Assembly (NCBI GenBank): GCA_051294375.1 | Contig: CM119265.1 | Location: forward strand, 16,052,896-16,116,895 | DNA length: 64,000 nt | Reading direction: 5' to 3' | DNA from: Paraspadella gotoi | Taxonomy: Eukaryota; Animalia; Chaetognatha | In this document: piece after piece, positions 1 to 11,600 of the stretch | Position numbering within the stretch: position 1 is the first letter of the stretch | Layout of the letters: each line of letters opens with the position of its first letter | The notes under the pieces: model-generated | The model's input: the letters and a program-made list of their open reading frames with translations, nothing else | Told to the model about the DNA's origin: nothing | Database searches by the model: none | Made by a program: the position numbers and the translations under genes

Positions 1-257
1 CGGACACGGAGAACACAATCGGGTCGCCCACTGGAGGCGGCCTTGGCCTGGACAACGCCGGCCTCTCGCCTATGACGCCTCCCGGAGATCCGCCGCGTGT
101 TGTAGAGCCGGCGCCCGTTTCGCTTTTCCCCGACCTTCAGGGGCAGCACCATCTAATCAAAAACGCCGTCCCATCCCCCGCCGCCTCCGCCGCCAACACC
201 ACCACGACCACAACCCGGAGCTGCACGTGCCCGAAGACGCATTCCGGGACCGCGTAA
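1..257 (+). CDS. Probable last coding exon of a gene entering from the left edge; Pro/Thr/Gly-rich low-complexity C-terminal tail, product unknown
   Basis: The frame starting at base 3 is open to TAA 255-257 (DTENTIGSPTGGGLGLDNAGLSPMTPPGDPP...CTCPKTHSGTA*). It has exon-like GC/CpG composition, then AATAAA at about 392 and a switch to AT-rich sequence. Frame 2 is also open to about 268, so the frame is not certain. Confidence 0.45.
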   Translation, partial: DTENTIGSPTGGGLGLDNAGLSPMTPPGDPPRVVEPAPVSLFPDLQGQHHLIKNAVPSPAASAANTTTTTTRSCTCPKTHSGTA

Positions 258-3200
258 AGCGCGAGTGACCGGTCGCGTTTCGTCGTTCGACGATAAGACG
301 TTGGAGGGTGGTATCGAGAGCGAGTCCACGACGGTTTGGACGACGATCCATTCGCTTAGCCCTAAACCCCGGTGTGTCAAAGAAGGTCTAAAATAAATAC
401 CTGGTTTCCCGCACGATCGGTACAAGATGAGTCTTTCTAGAACGCGATTTCAAAAGGATTATTAATGAATGAAAATTTGAATTAATTTTACCGCGAATTA
501 CATAAAATCAAATTTAGTCAAGTTTTTGGCTATATTCTGGTATTGTTGTAGTCGTGGATCTTGATTACCCTGTTCCGCTCGTTAATTCCGCGTTGTTTCA
601 TTGCGATTGTATCGAAAATAATTAAAAATTTTTATTTGGTAGTTTGATTTTTATACTGGAGGAGTATCGCGTTGCAAGCTTAATAAATTTGTTTTATATA
701 ATTACTAAATATGCTAAAGACTAATTAATACGTTAATAGATAACAAAAAGGTTCATTATCAATAGCTTTCTTTAAAAAAATATCTTGAGTTATTGTTCTA
801 AATAGTTTTTAGAAGTAAAAAATTTTAAACCTTTAAAACTTTTGCGATAAATACGTATTATTCACGTACATCGGCATGTTCTCAATGACTAGTCAACCTT
901 CTTCAAAAATCTTAAAATATCTTTAAAAATGAGTAAACTTGCAAATTGCGATCCAATGCTTAAGGGATCAACAGAATTCTTCTGTGATTCTGTGATTCTT
1001 CTGTGATTTTTTGTTTTACTTTCTGTAATGTGAATTTTGTTCTTTTTTCAAATAATCGAATTCTAGGCTGTGTTGAGAGTTTTTATAATTTAGTTTCTCC
1101 GGCATTAAATGAATTCATTTTTTCCCCCCATTTTTTTTTTAAATAAAAATAATTATGTTTGCATAAGCTTTTTTCAAAGGCATGCGGATTCTAACATACA
1201 TACGTGCCATCGATGAAAAATATAAGCAAACTTGAAAACATGGAGTCGGAAAGATAATGAAAAAAAGAATTCATTCGTATATGCCTTTTTTCTCTGAGAA
1301 ATTCCAAATGAATTTTACGAATTTTTATCTAACTCGAATAAGCACAGGTCCTAAACATAACTTTGCAGACAAAATGTCATATACTTGGATGATTTTATTG
1401 TGCCTTCTGTTAAGGTAGCGAAAGTTAGAAAATTTTAAAATAAAGAAATGTTTTAGACTAGTCAAAAATTGTTTTCCGTCGTAAATACGGCATTTACTAA
1501 AATAGATCCTATCTTTTTACTTTTTTAAAAAACATTTTAAAAGTTGATATATTGAGTAATTATTATTATTATTATATCAGTCTGTATTCAAAACTGATCT
1601 TTGATTTTCTATTCTTCTTGAATTACCCCTAAGAATTAGACCCAACTTTGATATATTTTACTAAAAAAATATAAAACTCACGTAAAAGAAAAGTTTTCAT
1701 AGTAATATGAAAATTTTTCATGGAAGTATGACTAAAAATAGCTTGTTACAAAAACAGCAAGCGGCTTGTTCAGAAAACTGGTGTCATTCATCCAAATTAA
1801 AATTACATTATTTTGTTGTTGCCCTGTTTTCTAATAAATTGATTTATTTGTACCCTTCGTTTTTGCCATGTTCATTATTAATTACTTATAATGCATGCTC
1901 AGCATATGCCAATACATTATGTTACTTGTTAAATTTAATGTTATTGCTTTGATACAGTGATTATGCGGTTCGCAGAGCCAAGATTTAGCTCCATGTTGTC
2001 TTAGGCACACAGTTACATACGTAACTGGTGTTAAATGTGAGTTTTCATGATATCGATACGATTGTGTATGATATCTTTGTTTTCTTTTTTACTTTATATT
2101 GTTTGTTTGATGTATAATCTTACACAATTTATACTGGTCCTTTGATACTGATTGATGTTAGTCGCATAATATTTATATACGAATCCTCCAGTTGACCAGT
2201 TTAACTGAGGTCAAGTCTGAGGAATATGTCAAATAAATTGACCGTGATAATTCATATTTCAAAAACAGTAATTTTTTTAAAATCTCTATTATCTAAGTTG
2301 TTTAGCCATTTAATTTTAAAATTACGAGTCGATAAATTTGCGATTTCCTGACTTGATTTTGTTGAAACTTGGTTGTATCCTGCCACTTTTTATACAATAA
2401 TTCTGATTAATGAGAAATACACTTTAAATTTGCAAACAAAGATTACTAAGTAGGTTATGGGCATTGATATTTCTTATTTACATAACTGGCCGGTCGGGGC
2501 TTTAGAAATTCGCCCAAGAAAGTTAAAAGATAATTTCTCGCAGTCAATTTCATTTCTTTGCATGTCAACAGAATCCCAGCACTGAACCGTATTTAAACTT
2601 AAGTATGAGAATATTTAATATATCAGCTTTTTTCTCGCATCATGTCTATTTCAGAAATAGTTTCAAACTGGTATTTTCCACAACATATCATGTACACAGT
2701 TATAACTGTGAAATCATAAGGTAAAATTGCATGCATGAAAAAATGATTCTTGAGTACGGATCGTTCAATATCACGAGATTTCTCACACAAATTTTCCAGT
2801 TTTTTAAACCATTCTTGACTTAAAAATCATCTGGTTTAGCGGTGTTTGACATTTCGTGGTATTATGCGCCGCCGTCATTTGCATTAACTGTTTGGACAAT
2901 GCATGACGTCAAGCGATATAGAAAACAAAGATAAAGAAGTTTATGTTTACTCCAGAAAAAAAAACACAAGTTTATATATATAAGTTAAGAAATATCAATT
3001 TTTACAAACGGCAAAATACGATAAAATGGCAAACCGATAAAAAATGACGCGACATTTGCTCAAAATCTTTTGTATTTAGGGAGGGGCTATTTATATTTTG
3101 TAAGAAAAACAATTACTTATTTTGTTTATCGGTCACCACCATTTACATCGAATAAATCATGAATGAAATAATTTCTGGCTTTTATTATTTCCCGGAAAAA

Positions 3201-3282
3201 CTAATTTCGGGAGCGAAGATATCGGAGAGAGACTACAACTCAAACCGGTTAGTTACATCTACTTCCAAGTCAGAAAATAAAA

Positions 3283-5474
3283 CTACCAAACCCTTCCGTC
3301 AGCGTAGGCTGGGTTGGCTTTGAGATACTCGTGCCTCGCCTTTGACGCGGCAGCGCTCTCTCTTAGCAACGCCTCGTGTGCGACATCTTCAGATTTGCGC
3401 AAGCGCATTCGAGCCTCCATCTCTCGTCTGTGGAGGAATTAATTGGGTGGTGGTATAGGCGCTCGGGCAGTAAAAGGGGAAAAAAAATTATATTGGTTGT
3501 ACCAATTTTATAGAAGAAAAAAGGTGAAATTTCACTAATGTGGAAACATTCAAATCTCTGAAGCTTTGTTATAAACCAAACTCTTTTTTTTCTTTTTGTC
3601 ACACACAGATCAGATAATTTCCCATTGTTTTCCCCGATACTTGTTTAGACCTGGCGTTGGCGACTGATTCTTCAGAGGCGACGTCGTCGACTTCAATAGT
3701 TATTCTCGAGACGACGAGAGTCTGACCGAAGATGATCGCCTGAATGAAAATTCGTCGACTGAATTAAAGTTCATGGAGCACAACAACAGTAAGACAAAAA
3801 AAAAAAACTCACTTAATCCTGCTTACCTCGCCCGACATGTAGTAAGCGACCGCTTTGGCGACAGATTCTTCGTCGGCGAGAAGGACCCAAGCGACGCCGC
3901 TGTTTTGCCGACTCACGGGATCCTGCATTTAACATTTTACATGCAACGACTCGAATAATTGTAGTTTTAATAGTTATTATCGTTGCGATTATTATAGTTA
4001 TCGGACGTCACGGTCAACTTTGAGAGAGAGTACCTCCTGTTACTGTTTTTAATTCAGTACGAGGCACCTTGACGAGGTAGACGTCCTCGACAGCGCAATC
4101 GGCCTCGTTCTCGAGAATTCCCTCCAACTTTTGGTTTCCGACGTTGGCGGGAACGTTTTGCATGTGGACCCCGCGCTTGCGACACTCGTCCACCTGCAAT
4201 GGCGGAGAAAATCTGCGGTTGCTCCCTATCTTTTTCTCCCTCCCTGAAACCACCCACCATGAGCCAGCTGGGTTCGTAGGCGCCGATAATGACTCTCCAA
4301 TCATCGGCAGAGAGGAGACAGCCTGATCGCCCGTCAGGAAGATCGACGGGGCAGCCTTTCAAGGCGCCCGCCAACTCCAAAGCGTCACTCAACACCATCT
4401 GCACGGAGAGAAAGTTGACGCAATTGGCAAAACTACGTCGAGTAACAAATGGATTGATAACCTGGCCGCGGAATTTGATTCTGCTGTCCGAGATTACGGC
4501 GATGCTCTCCAGCGCCCGGCCAATGTCGCCTGGGTGTCATTGAGATAATTGGTTGTACCAATTTCATAAAATTCAGCTGGGCGGAGTACAATATAGTATT
4601 TCCCGATCTAATAGTTAAGGGAGTGGTCTTTAAATACAATTGAAACATTCTTTAAAATATTATACCACTTCATTTATAGGGAAGCCAGGTACTCTGGGAG
4701 AGAGTTTTGATTGAAAGCTTGCAAGAATCTGCTATCTAATTATCTTGTAAGAGTGATGGAGGCCTTAAACCACCAAAGCCTGTTCAAAGTCAGTTTTTAT
4801 TAAATGAATGGATAATTTTTATATTGGTATAAATTTCATATCAAAATTTTATCTTGACTCTAATTTTTTAGCCGGCTCTGCTTATCTGGTGAATGAATAT
4901 TTTTGATATTGGTTATACGAAGTTTAATCTCAGCGTAATCAAAAATTATGTGTTTTCTTTATTTTATCAGAGGTACATATACAATTATACATACGCGTTT
5001 CATTTACAAACTGACAAAATGTAATTAAAAATATTAAATTCGGGGTGAGACAAAAACTTTTTATATTGTAACTAAATTGTCTAAATATTTTTAGGTCGAT
5101 GGGAAAAACGATTTAAACTCGAATCGAATTCATTTCGATCTTTTGTGTCGCTTCGACGCGTGAGCCAATTCAGCGGAATCGTCCATCAATGGAATCACCA
5201 AGACGACTTTTCCGGATCGTTTATTCCTTTCTTTCCTTCCTTTGTCGCACTCTCACTTTCCTTCTTTATTCCTCTCTTTCTCTATCTGTCCTTTTTCTTT
5301 ATTTCTTTCTCTCTTTTTTTTATATTTTTTTTGCATTTCTCTCTTTCTTTCTTTCTTTTTGTATTTATTTACTTATTTATTTTTATTTATTTATTTATTT
5401 ATTTTGTAAATTTATTTATTTATTTATTTATTTAATTTATTTAAAAAAAAATTATATTTTTATTTATTTATTTT

Positions 5475-5558
<84 letters not shown>

Positions 5559-5600
5559 TCCTGCTTTCTCTACCTGTGTATTTCTGTGTATTTTTGTATT

Positions 5601-5671
<71 letters not shown>

Positions 5672-8600
5672 CTACCTGTGTATCCACCCAGGTTCTGCAA
5701 ATTCACTAGGAGTCCCTCCATGGGAGCCAATGGCATTGAGACGGTGCCATCGGCGATATTGGAATTTTCGTCGGGATGTGGGCGGAATCCGAGGGAGGAG
5801 GAGAGCGACGTTAGAATTTCCGTCACGTCGTCTTCGTCGTAGCCCACCGTCTGAGTGAGAAGTGTGAGTCTCGCGGGAGATTCTAGGCGACGTTGTCGTC
5901 ATCGTCGTCATCGTCGTCTTCGTCGTCGTCTTTGGTGTTAACGTTGTTTACTTTCATGAAGTATTCAGTCGAGCTTGTACCGAGGACAGTGTTTTTTTTT
6001 TTTTGGTTTTTTTTTTTCGGTTATAGTTAGTTGGTAAAAAGTAAAATAGAAAAACATTGCCGTCGTTATTTACTACGTAACAGTTAAATTTGTCTTGTTC
6101 CTTTTTATTTACTATTAAAAAATTTAAGAAAAAAAAATTTCCGTCGGGGATTCAAATTTAAAAAAATAAATAAATCTCCTTCTTTTTCGTCTCTTGGTTG
6201 TAGCTGTTGTTGTTGTTGTAGTTTGATAGAAACGCCGCAGATTCTCAGGGGAAATTGTACATCATCGTCGTCGTCGTCGTTATGGTTGTTTCATTACATT
6301 TTCCACAAAGTTTCCGGAGTTTAGGGACAAATTGTCTCGCAAAATTCAGAAGAAAAACTACTATTTACAGTACACGTCTATTTTTATTTCCTATATTCAA
6401 TGGTTTTATCTGTAGACGTTTGATTAGTCAAAACATAAATAATAAATAAGTAAAATATATATAAGCTTAATAAAAAATTTAAAAACCTGTGAGTCCAAGT
6501 GAAGGACAGTGAGAGGGCAGCTCGGCCGACAATTCACGCATTTCACGATGGTTTTGAGTCCTGCGAAAGAAAGTCAACCCTCATAACACCCTGTATCTTA
6601 AAGTGGCTTCATTTCAGCGTACCACTTCCTCAAATCCTTTCCCCTTTTAAAAATTCCCCCCTCCGCCACTCCCCAAGCCGCCCCAATTTCGCCGCCCACT
6701 CTATTCCATCAGCGTGTCGAGAACCTTCGGGGCCGATGCTGTTGGAAGAGAGATTCAAGTTCCTCAGTTGACTTCCGTCTTCGGCGCACAAGGAGACGAT
6801 GTCCTCCGCCCCCGTCTCCGTTATCTGGAGAGAAGTGATAAAAAAAATCTCCCGTTAAAGACGGTCGTTGCGGTGGATCCAATTTCGGCGTCGTCATCGT
6901 TGCCAGGATACGACGTCGTTAGGTCTCATTTTTATGACGTCAAAATAAGCTTCTGATCCAATAACTTTCTCTCACAATGGAGATTACGTAGCAAACCTTA
7001 ACTTGATCTAGCAATACGAATGGAAATTACTCTGAGGAGAAAGTGCCTTGCTCTTTGCGTGTTGCCGACAATTTTAAAAGTTGATAAGTAAAATTTCCGT
7101 AAAATCCAATTTAGTTTAAACATTCCAGACGTTTTCCTCGTTCAAGATAGGACGCCCATCAATTCGTAATAAATCAGCCATGCTCGTACGACGAAACACA
7201 AATTTAATCACGACGCGATGATGCAAGCTGTACCCGTTGGGCCTTGGCGTCACTTCTGACTCATTTCCGGTTAATCTCGACTATCGCCAATTTTCCGGCG
7301 CCACGTGTTGAATATCGTTCCTACAGCTACCCGCCACATTATCCACCCATCTCAACCATCCCACTATTCACTTTCGCTCTAATAGACTTCCGGTCTCATC
7401 CGGAGAAACGGCCACGCCTTTTCTTCCGTTCTTCGGTCCTCTAAATTAAGAGCGCCGTTACGTTCGATGGGATTTTTCCGCCCAATCTATTTCATCCAAT
7501 CACCTGTTCGACTTTTAAGGTCTCACCAAATCAATTCTCGCTAATGTCGTGTCAATTTTTATCGTTCATTCGTATCGTCGCTGCCATTATCGAAGTTGTC
7601 CTCATCGGTCGGACAAACATCAATAAATAAATCACAATCAACTGTTCTTTAACTCTTTTCTCATTCTCTCACCCTGTTGTTGGCCAAATTGAGTTCGAGC
7701 AGCGGAAAGCCTCGTCGCTTCTGCATCTCGCCGAGCGCTTCCACTATAATCTTCAAGCCTCCGTCGCCCACGCGGTTGACGGAGAGGTTGAGTGATGCCA
7801 GCGCCACCTCCAAGCCAAAATCTTCGAACAGCACCTCCACGTCTTCGTCGCTCAGGTTACAGTTGCTGAGACTCAAGGTCGTGAGACGAGAGTCTTGACC
7901 TTAAGAGAAAGACGGAGGGGGGATGCAAGTTATGGCCGTGCTACAGTGGGTTTTTTTTTAAAAAAGAGACAAAAAATTGTAAAAAAAGAAAAAGTGGGAA
8001 AAAGAAATTAAATTAAAAAAGAACAGAAATCACCAAACAAATTTACTTTAATTTCATTTGTATGTTGTGGTTTTCGAGCTCCGAGAAAAGGAAGACAATT
8101 TTTTTTTTTCATTTGAATTTATTTGTTTGACTTTCTTTTTTCTCTCCCCTCGATCTCTTCTTTTCTTAACCACAACAATCCCCACCAACGGAACCCTTTC
8201 TCACTAAGCAGCGGGCCGAGCACGTCGTCCATCCCTGAAGATCTTGAGGCAGTCGAGCTCGACGGCTGGAGCCGAGCGGCGGCGCCTGCGCGGCGACTCT
8301 GGGAAGTTCTCCCGGGACGAGTTTGACTCGGGTGAGATCGACGGCAGCGAAAGAGGAGAATGAATCGATGAGATCGTCGAAGCGCGCCAGGGTGTTGAGT
8401 CCGAAGCCGATGGAGAGAGAGGGCACGACCACTGCGAGGAAAGTTTTGCAAAAAGAGAGGAAGTCTTGGGCGCGTCTGCTCATTAAATTCTTTACTCAAC
8501 GTTCGAACCTTCGTGCGCCTCAAGAAACTCTTTCAACGCCGTGGTCGTCACCGCGGAATTGTTGGTCAGGTTTAACGCCACTAGACGCCGCAACTTCTTC

Positions 8601-11600
8601 ACCGCGGCGCCGGCGACGCGACGAAGGAATTCGTCGTCGACGCCACAATTCGTCAAGATCAACGTCTCGACGCCGGAAGTTTCGAAGGCTGCGACGTCGG
8701 TTTCCTTTTCGGCGTCGCCCCAATCCTCGCTCTCGACTTTGGTGTTCGCGAAGTCGAGATGCCGTAGTCGGGAGTGTCCGATCCCCGCGGTCGCTAACCG
8801 GAGCAGCACCTCCAGACTTCCGGCGTCGTTGCCGCCGATCTCCAGACGTTCCAGGGAGGTGTTTGCGCGGAGACCTTCGGCGAATGCGGCGAGGCCCGCC
8901 GGGTCAAGTCCCACGTTTTTGGCGTGGAGTTTTGTCAAGGGACAATCGCTTCTCTGATAGAGAATACAGTAGGAAAAAGCATCCGTAGAATTATTTGAAT
9001 AATGCTAAACAAAAACAGTATTCCCCGATGAGATATTTCTTACGGAGAGAACAGCGGATAAATCTTGTCCCAACAGCGTTTTATTGTCGTAAAGCATCTC
9101 ATTGTGTCCAATGTCGAGAGATTGTAAAGTCACATTGGCCATCAGACCGCGGCAAAGCCCTTTGAAGTCTGTCGCGCCGCAACTCGACATTCTGATTAAA
9201 TTACAACGGATCACAAAGCAAACCGCAAACCCCACACTCAGGTTAAAATTTATTAACTGTTAACTATTGCCCCCAAGATGATGTATAATTTCTTACTCAC
9301 TTAAGACTAGAGAGAGTGTGGTTTTCTTTCAGCGCGACCTCCAAACTTCGAGACAAATAGTCCTTACCCAAATAGTTACTAGACACGTCGAACTCTCGCA
9401 AAGTCTTATTCTCGCTCAACATTTTTCCGACCAGTTCCTACAAGAGGACAATATTTTCTTTTTTTAAATTAAAATGTCTCATTTTAAAAATGCCATTAAA
9501 CGCCACTCACTGCGCAGTTGGCGCTGGAATTGTTCGAACTGATGTTGAGTGTTAAGATGGTCGCATTTTTGGCCATCGCTAAGATTAGGGCGCTTTAACA
9601 AGAAGTTTTACACGATTTAACATTTTTTTTACTAAAAATTGTTTTCGTTATTCAGTGAATATTCACCTAAATGACTGTGGGCCCATTGCGTGCCGAGAAA
9701 TATCCAGCTCCTAAAAAGTCATTTTATTTTATCTGATGAACTTTGTGATAAATATGTTATCTTTTTTTTTTTTTTATACCTGCAGCAATGGGATTCTTTT
9801 TAACAGCTCGAACATATTGACACCAGGAAGACGCTTGGCCGGAATGAGCAAACGCCTAATGCTTTGGTTGGCCAAATTCAATAAATCCTGTGCAAAGGTA
9901 CGTGAAAAATTTACTTACTATTTACAGTACGGTTAAAAAACAAGTGATTCACGTACCTCTGCTTTTACCATGGAACACATAACTTTGATGGCATTTTGAA
10001 AAAGCTTATTTTGATCACAAAACGTTTGAATCTCTGAAAAAAAAAAATCCTTTGTTGAACTTGATTTTTCTCTTTCACTGTGATAGCTAGGCATCGCATT
10101 GAACAATAGAATTAATTAAAATAACGTAGAACTCCCGAAATAAAGAAGTTTTGTTAACAAAATATACAGACTTTATTCGACAATACTAATACATTTTTCA
10201 GGATTGCCATATTTTATAAGTTTGATATGAAACATACAAACGTCTAACAATAAACAGTATAATGAACCGAATTTACAAAACCGAGTAATGTGTTTTACGT
10301 CAGGATTAAAATCACTGTTTAAGTATGTATGCAATACCGTATTTTCGACAATAGAACTCAAAGAATGAAAAAGAAATAGTATTCTTCTTTTAGAAAAAAG
10401 CGTGAGACAGTAGTGAATTAGGTGTCTATAAGTCTATACGTGCCGTGTAGTGATTAATGATATTAGCTAGTTTCCTTTTCCTTGAGAAAAATATCTTTAA
10501 TTTGGATAAAGGAGCTAAAATTGTAAAGCGATAGAAGCGGTCCACGTGCGGTGTAATTAAATTTTTTCGGGCGTGAGTTCTTTTCTATCAAGTTATAACT
10601 TTCTCAAACTCTAGCAAAAAACAGTACTAAAACAGTAAAATAGTACGACTGAGTAGTACAGTACTGAGCACCGTTAGTAGTCAAGCATATCAAAAAAACT
10701 ACAAACGTTCCACATCGAGATGTCGTTGCGTCCGTCTTCTCCCGAACATCTTTTTGTTTTGAGTGACAAGAACTTCTTTTCCTCCGCCATTAACTTCCTC
10801 ACGTTCACCATTCTCTCTATAGTCCATCCCAAACTCTTCCATTCTCTCCACTATAAATCCCGTCATTTTCCTCTCTTTGTTTTCCAGAAATGACGCCAAA
10901 GGATCCGTCGATTCCTGAGTCGTCAAAGTTATCGCGGGTCGATCTGGTGTGTTTGTAGAGTCGCCCGAAGAGCTTGTCTTCTCGTTCTCCGCTCCGTTGG
11001 CAAGGGGCAAAGACGCCGTCGTGCCAACGACTTCTTTCCCTGGAGATTTGGCGCCATCATTAGCTCCCTCACAGGCGTCGGTAGCCACCGCGGCGCCGCG
11101 TTCTTTGGCAGATGATTCCGCGCCTGTATTTTGTTCACCTTCCGATATTATATTGGCTTTTTCCAGCAGCTGGGTCAAGTCGGCGTGCCTCTCACGTCTC
11201 CGGAAAAATTTCTTTGCTCTGACGAGCGTGGGAATCACGTTAATGGATCGCGGGTGGTTGAATCCTGCAATGCAATCGATCAGACGGGCAGGGAAGGGTG
11301 GAATAGTTTCTGGCTGCCAAATTCTCCCGAAAGTGCCCGAAATAAGCGCGCATTATTGTGAAACTACATGGTTAATAAACGAAGCTAAGGGGTTAATAGC
11401 CATGAGCTAATTTCCTTTTTCTTTAATTTTGATTAATGAGTATGATATTTCTTGTTCGCATGCAAATCATGCAATGTTGTGCGCGTTTAACATTTTCAGC
11501 AAAGTGTGAGTTTTGGAGGTTTTATAGCTCAAATGATCGAATTGTGGAGAAAAAGGCCTGACGCTTTGTTCGATTTAAATTTAAAAAAAAAAAAAAAAAT

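Noticed and set aside
5130-5220. Minus-strand mini-ORF RSGKVVLVIPLMDDSAELAHASKRHKRSK* inside an intron
   Set aside because: No polypyrimidine/AG acceptor upstream, and the flanking exons already join in phase without it.
5145-5858. Long Phe/Leu/Ser-rich and KERK-rich ORFs, and similar ones at 17.4-18.8, 23.1-25.5, 38-39.5 and 55.3-56.9 kb
   Set aside because: They are translations of stop-free (TTTC)n/(GA)n microsatellites. Only the parts bounded by splice sites are treated as exons.
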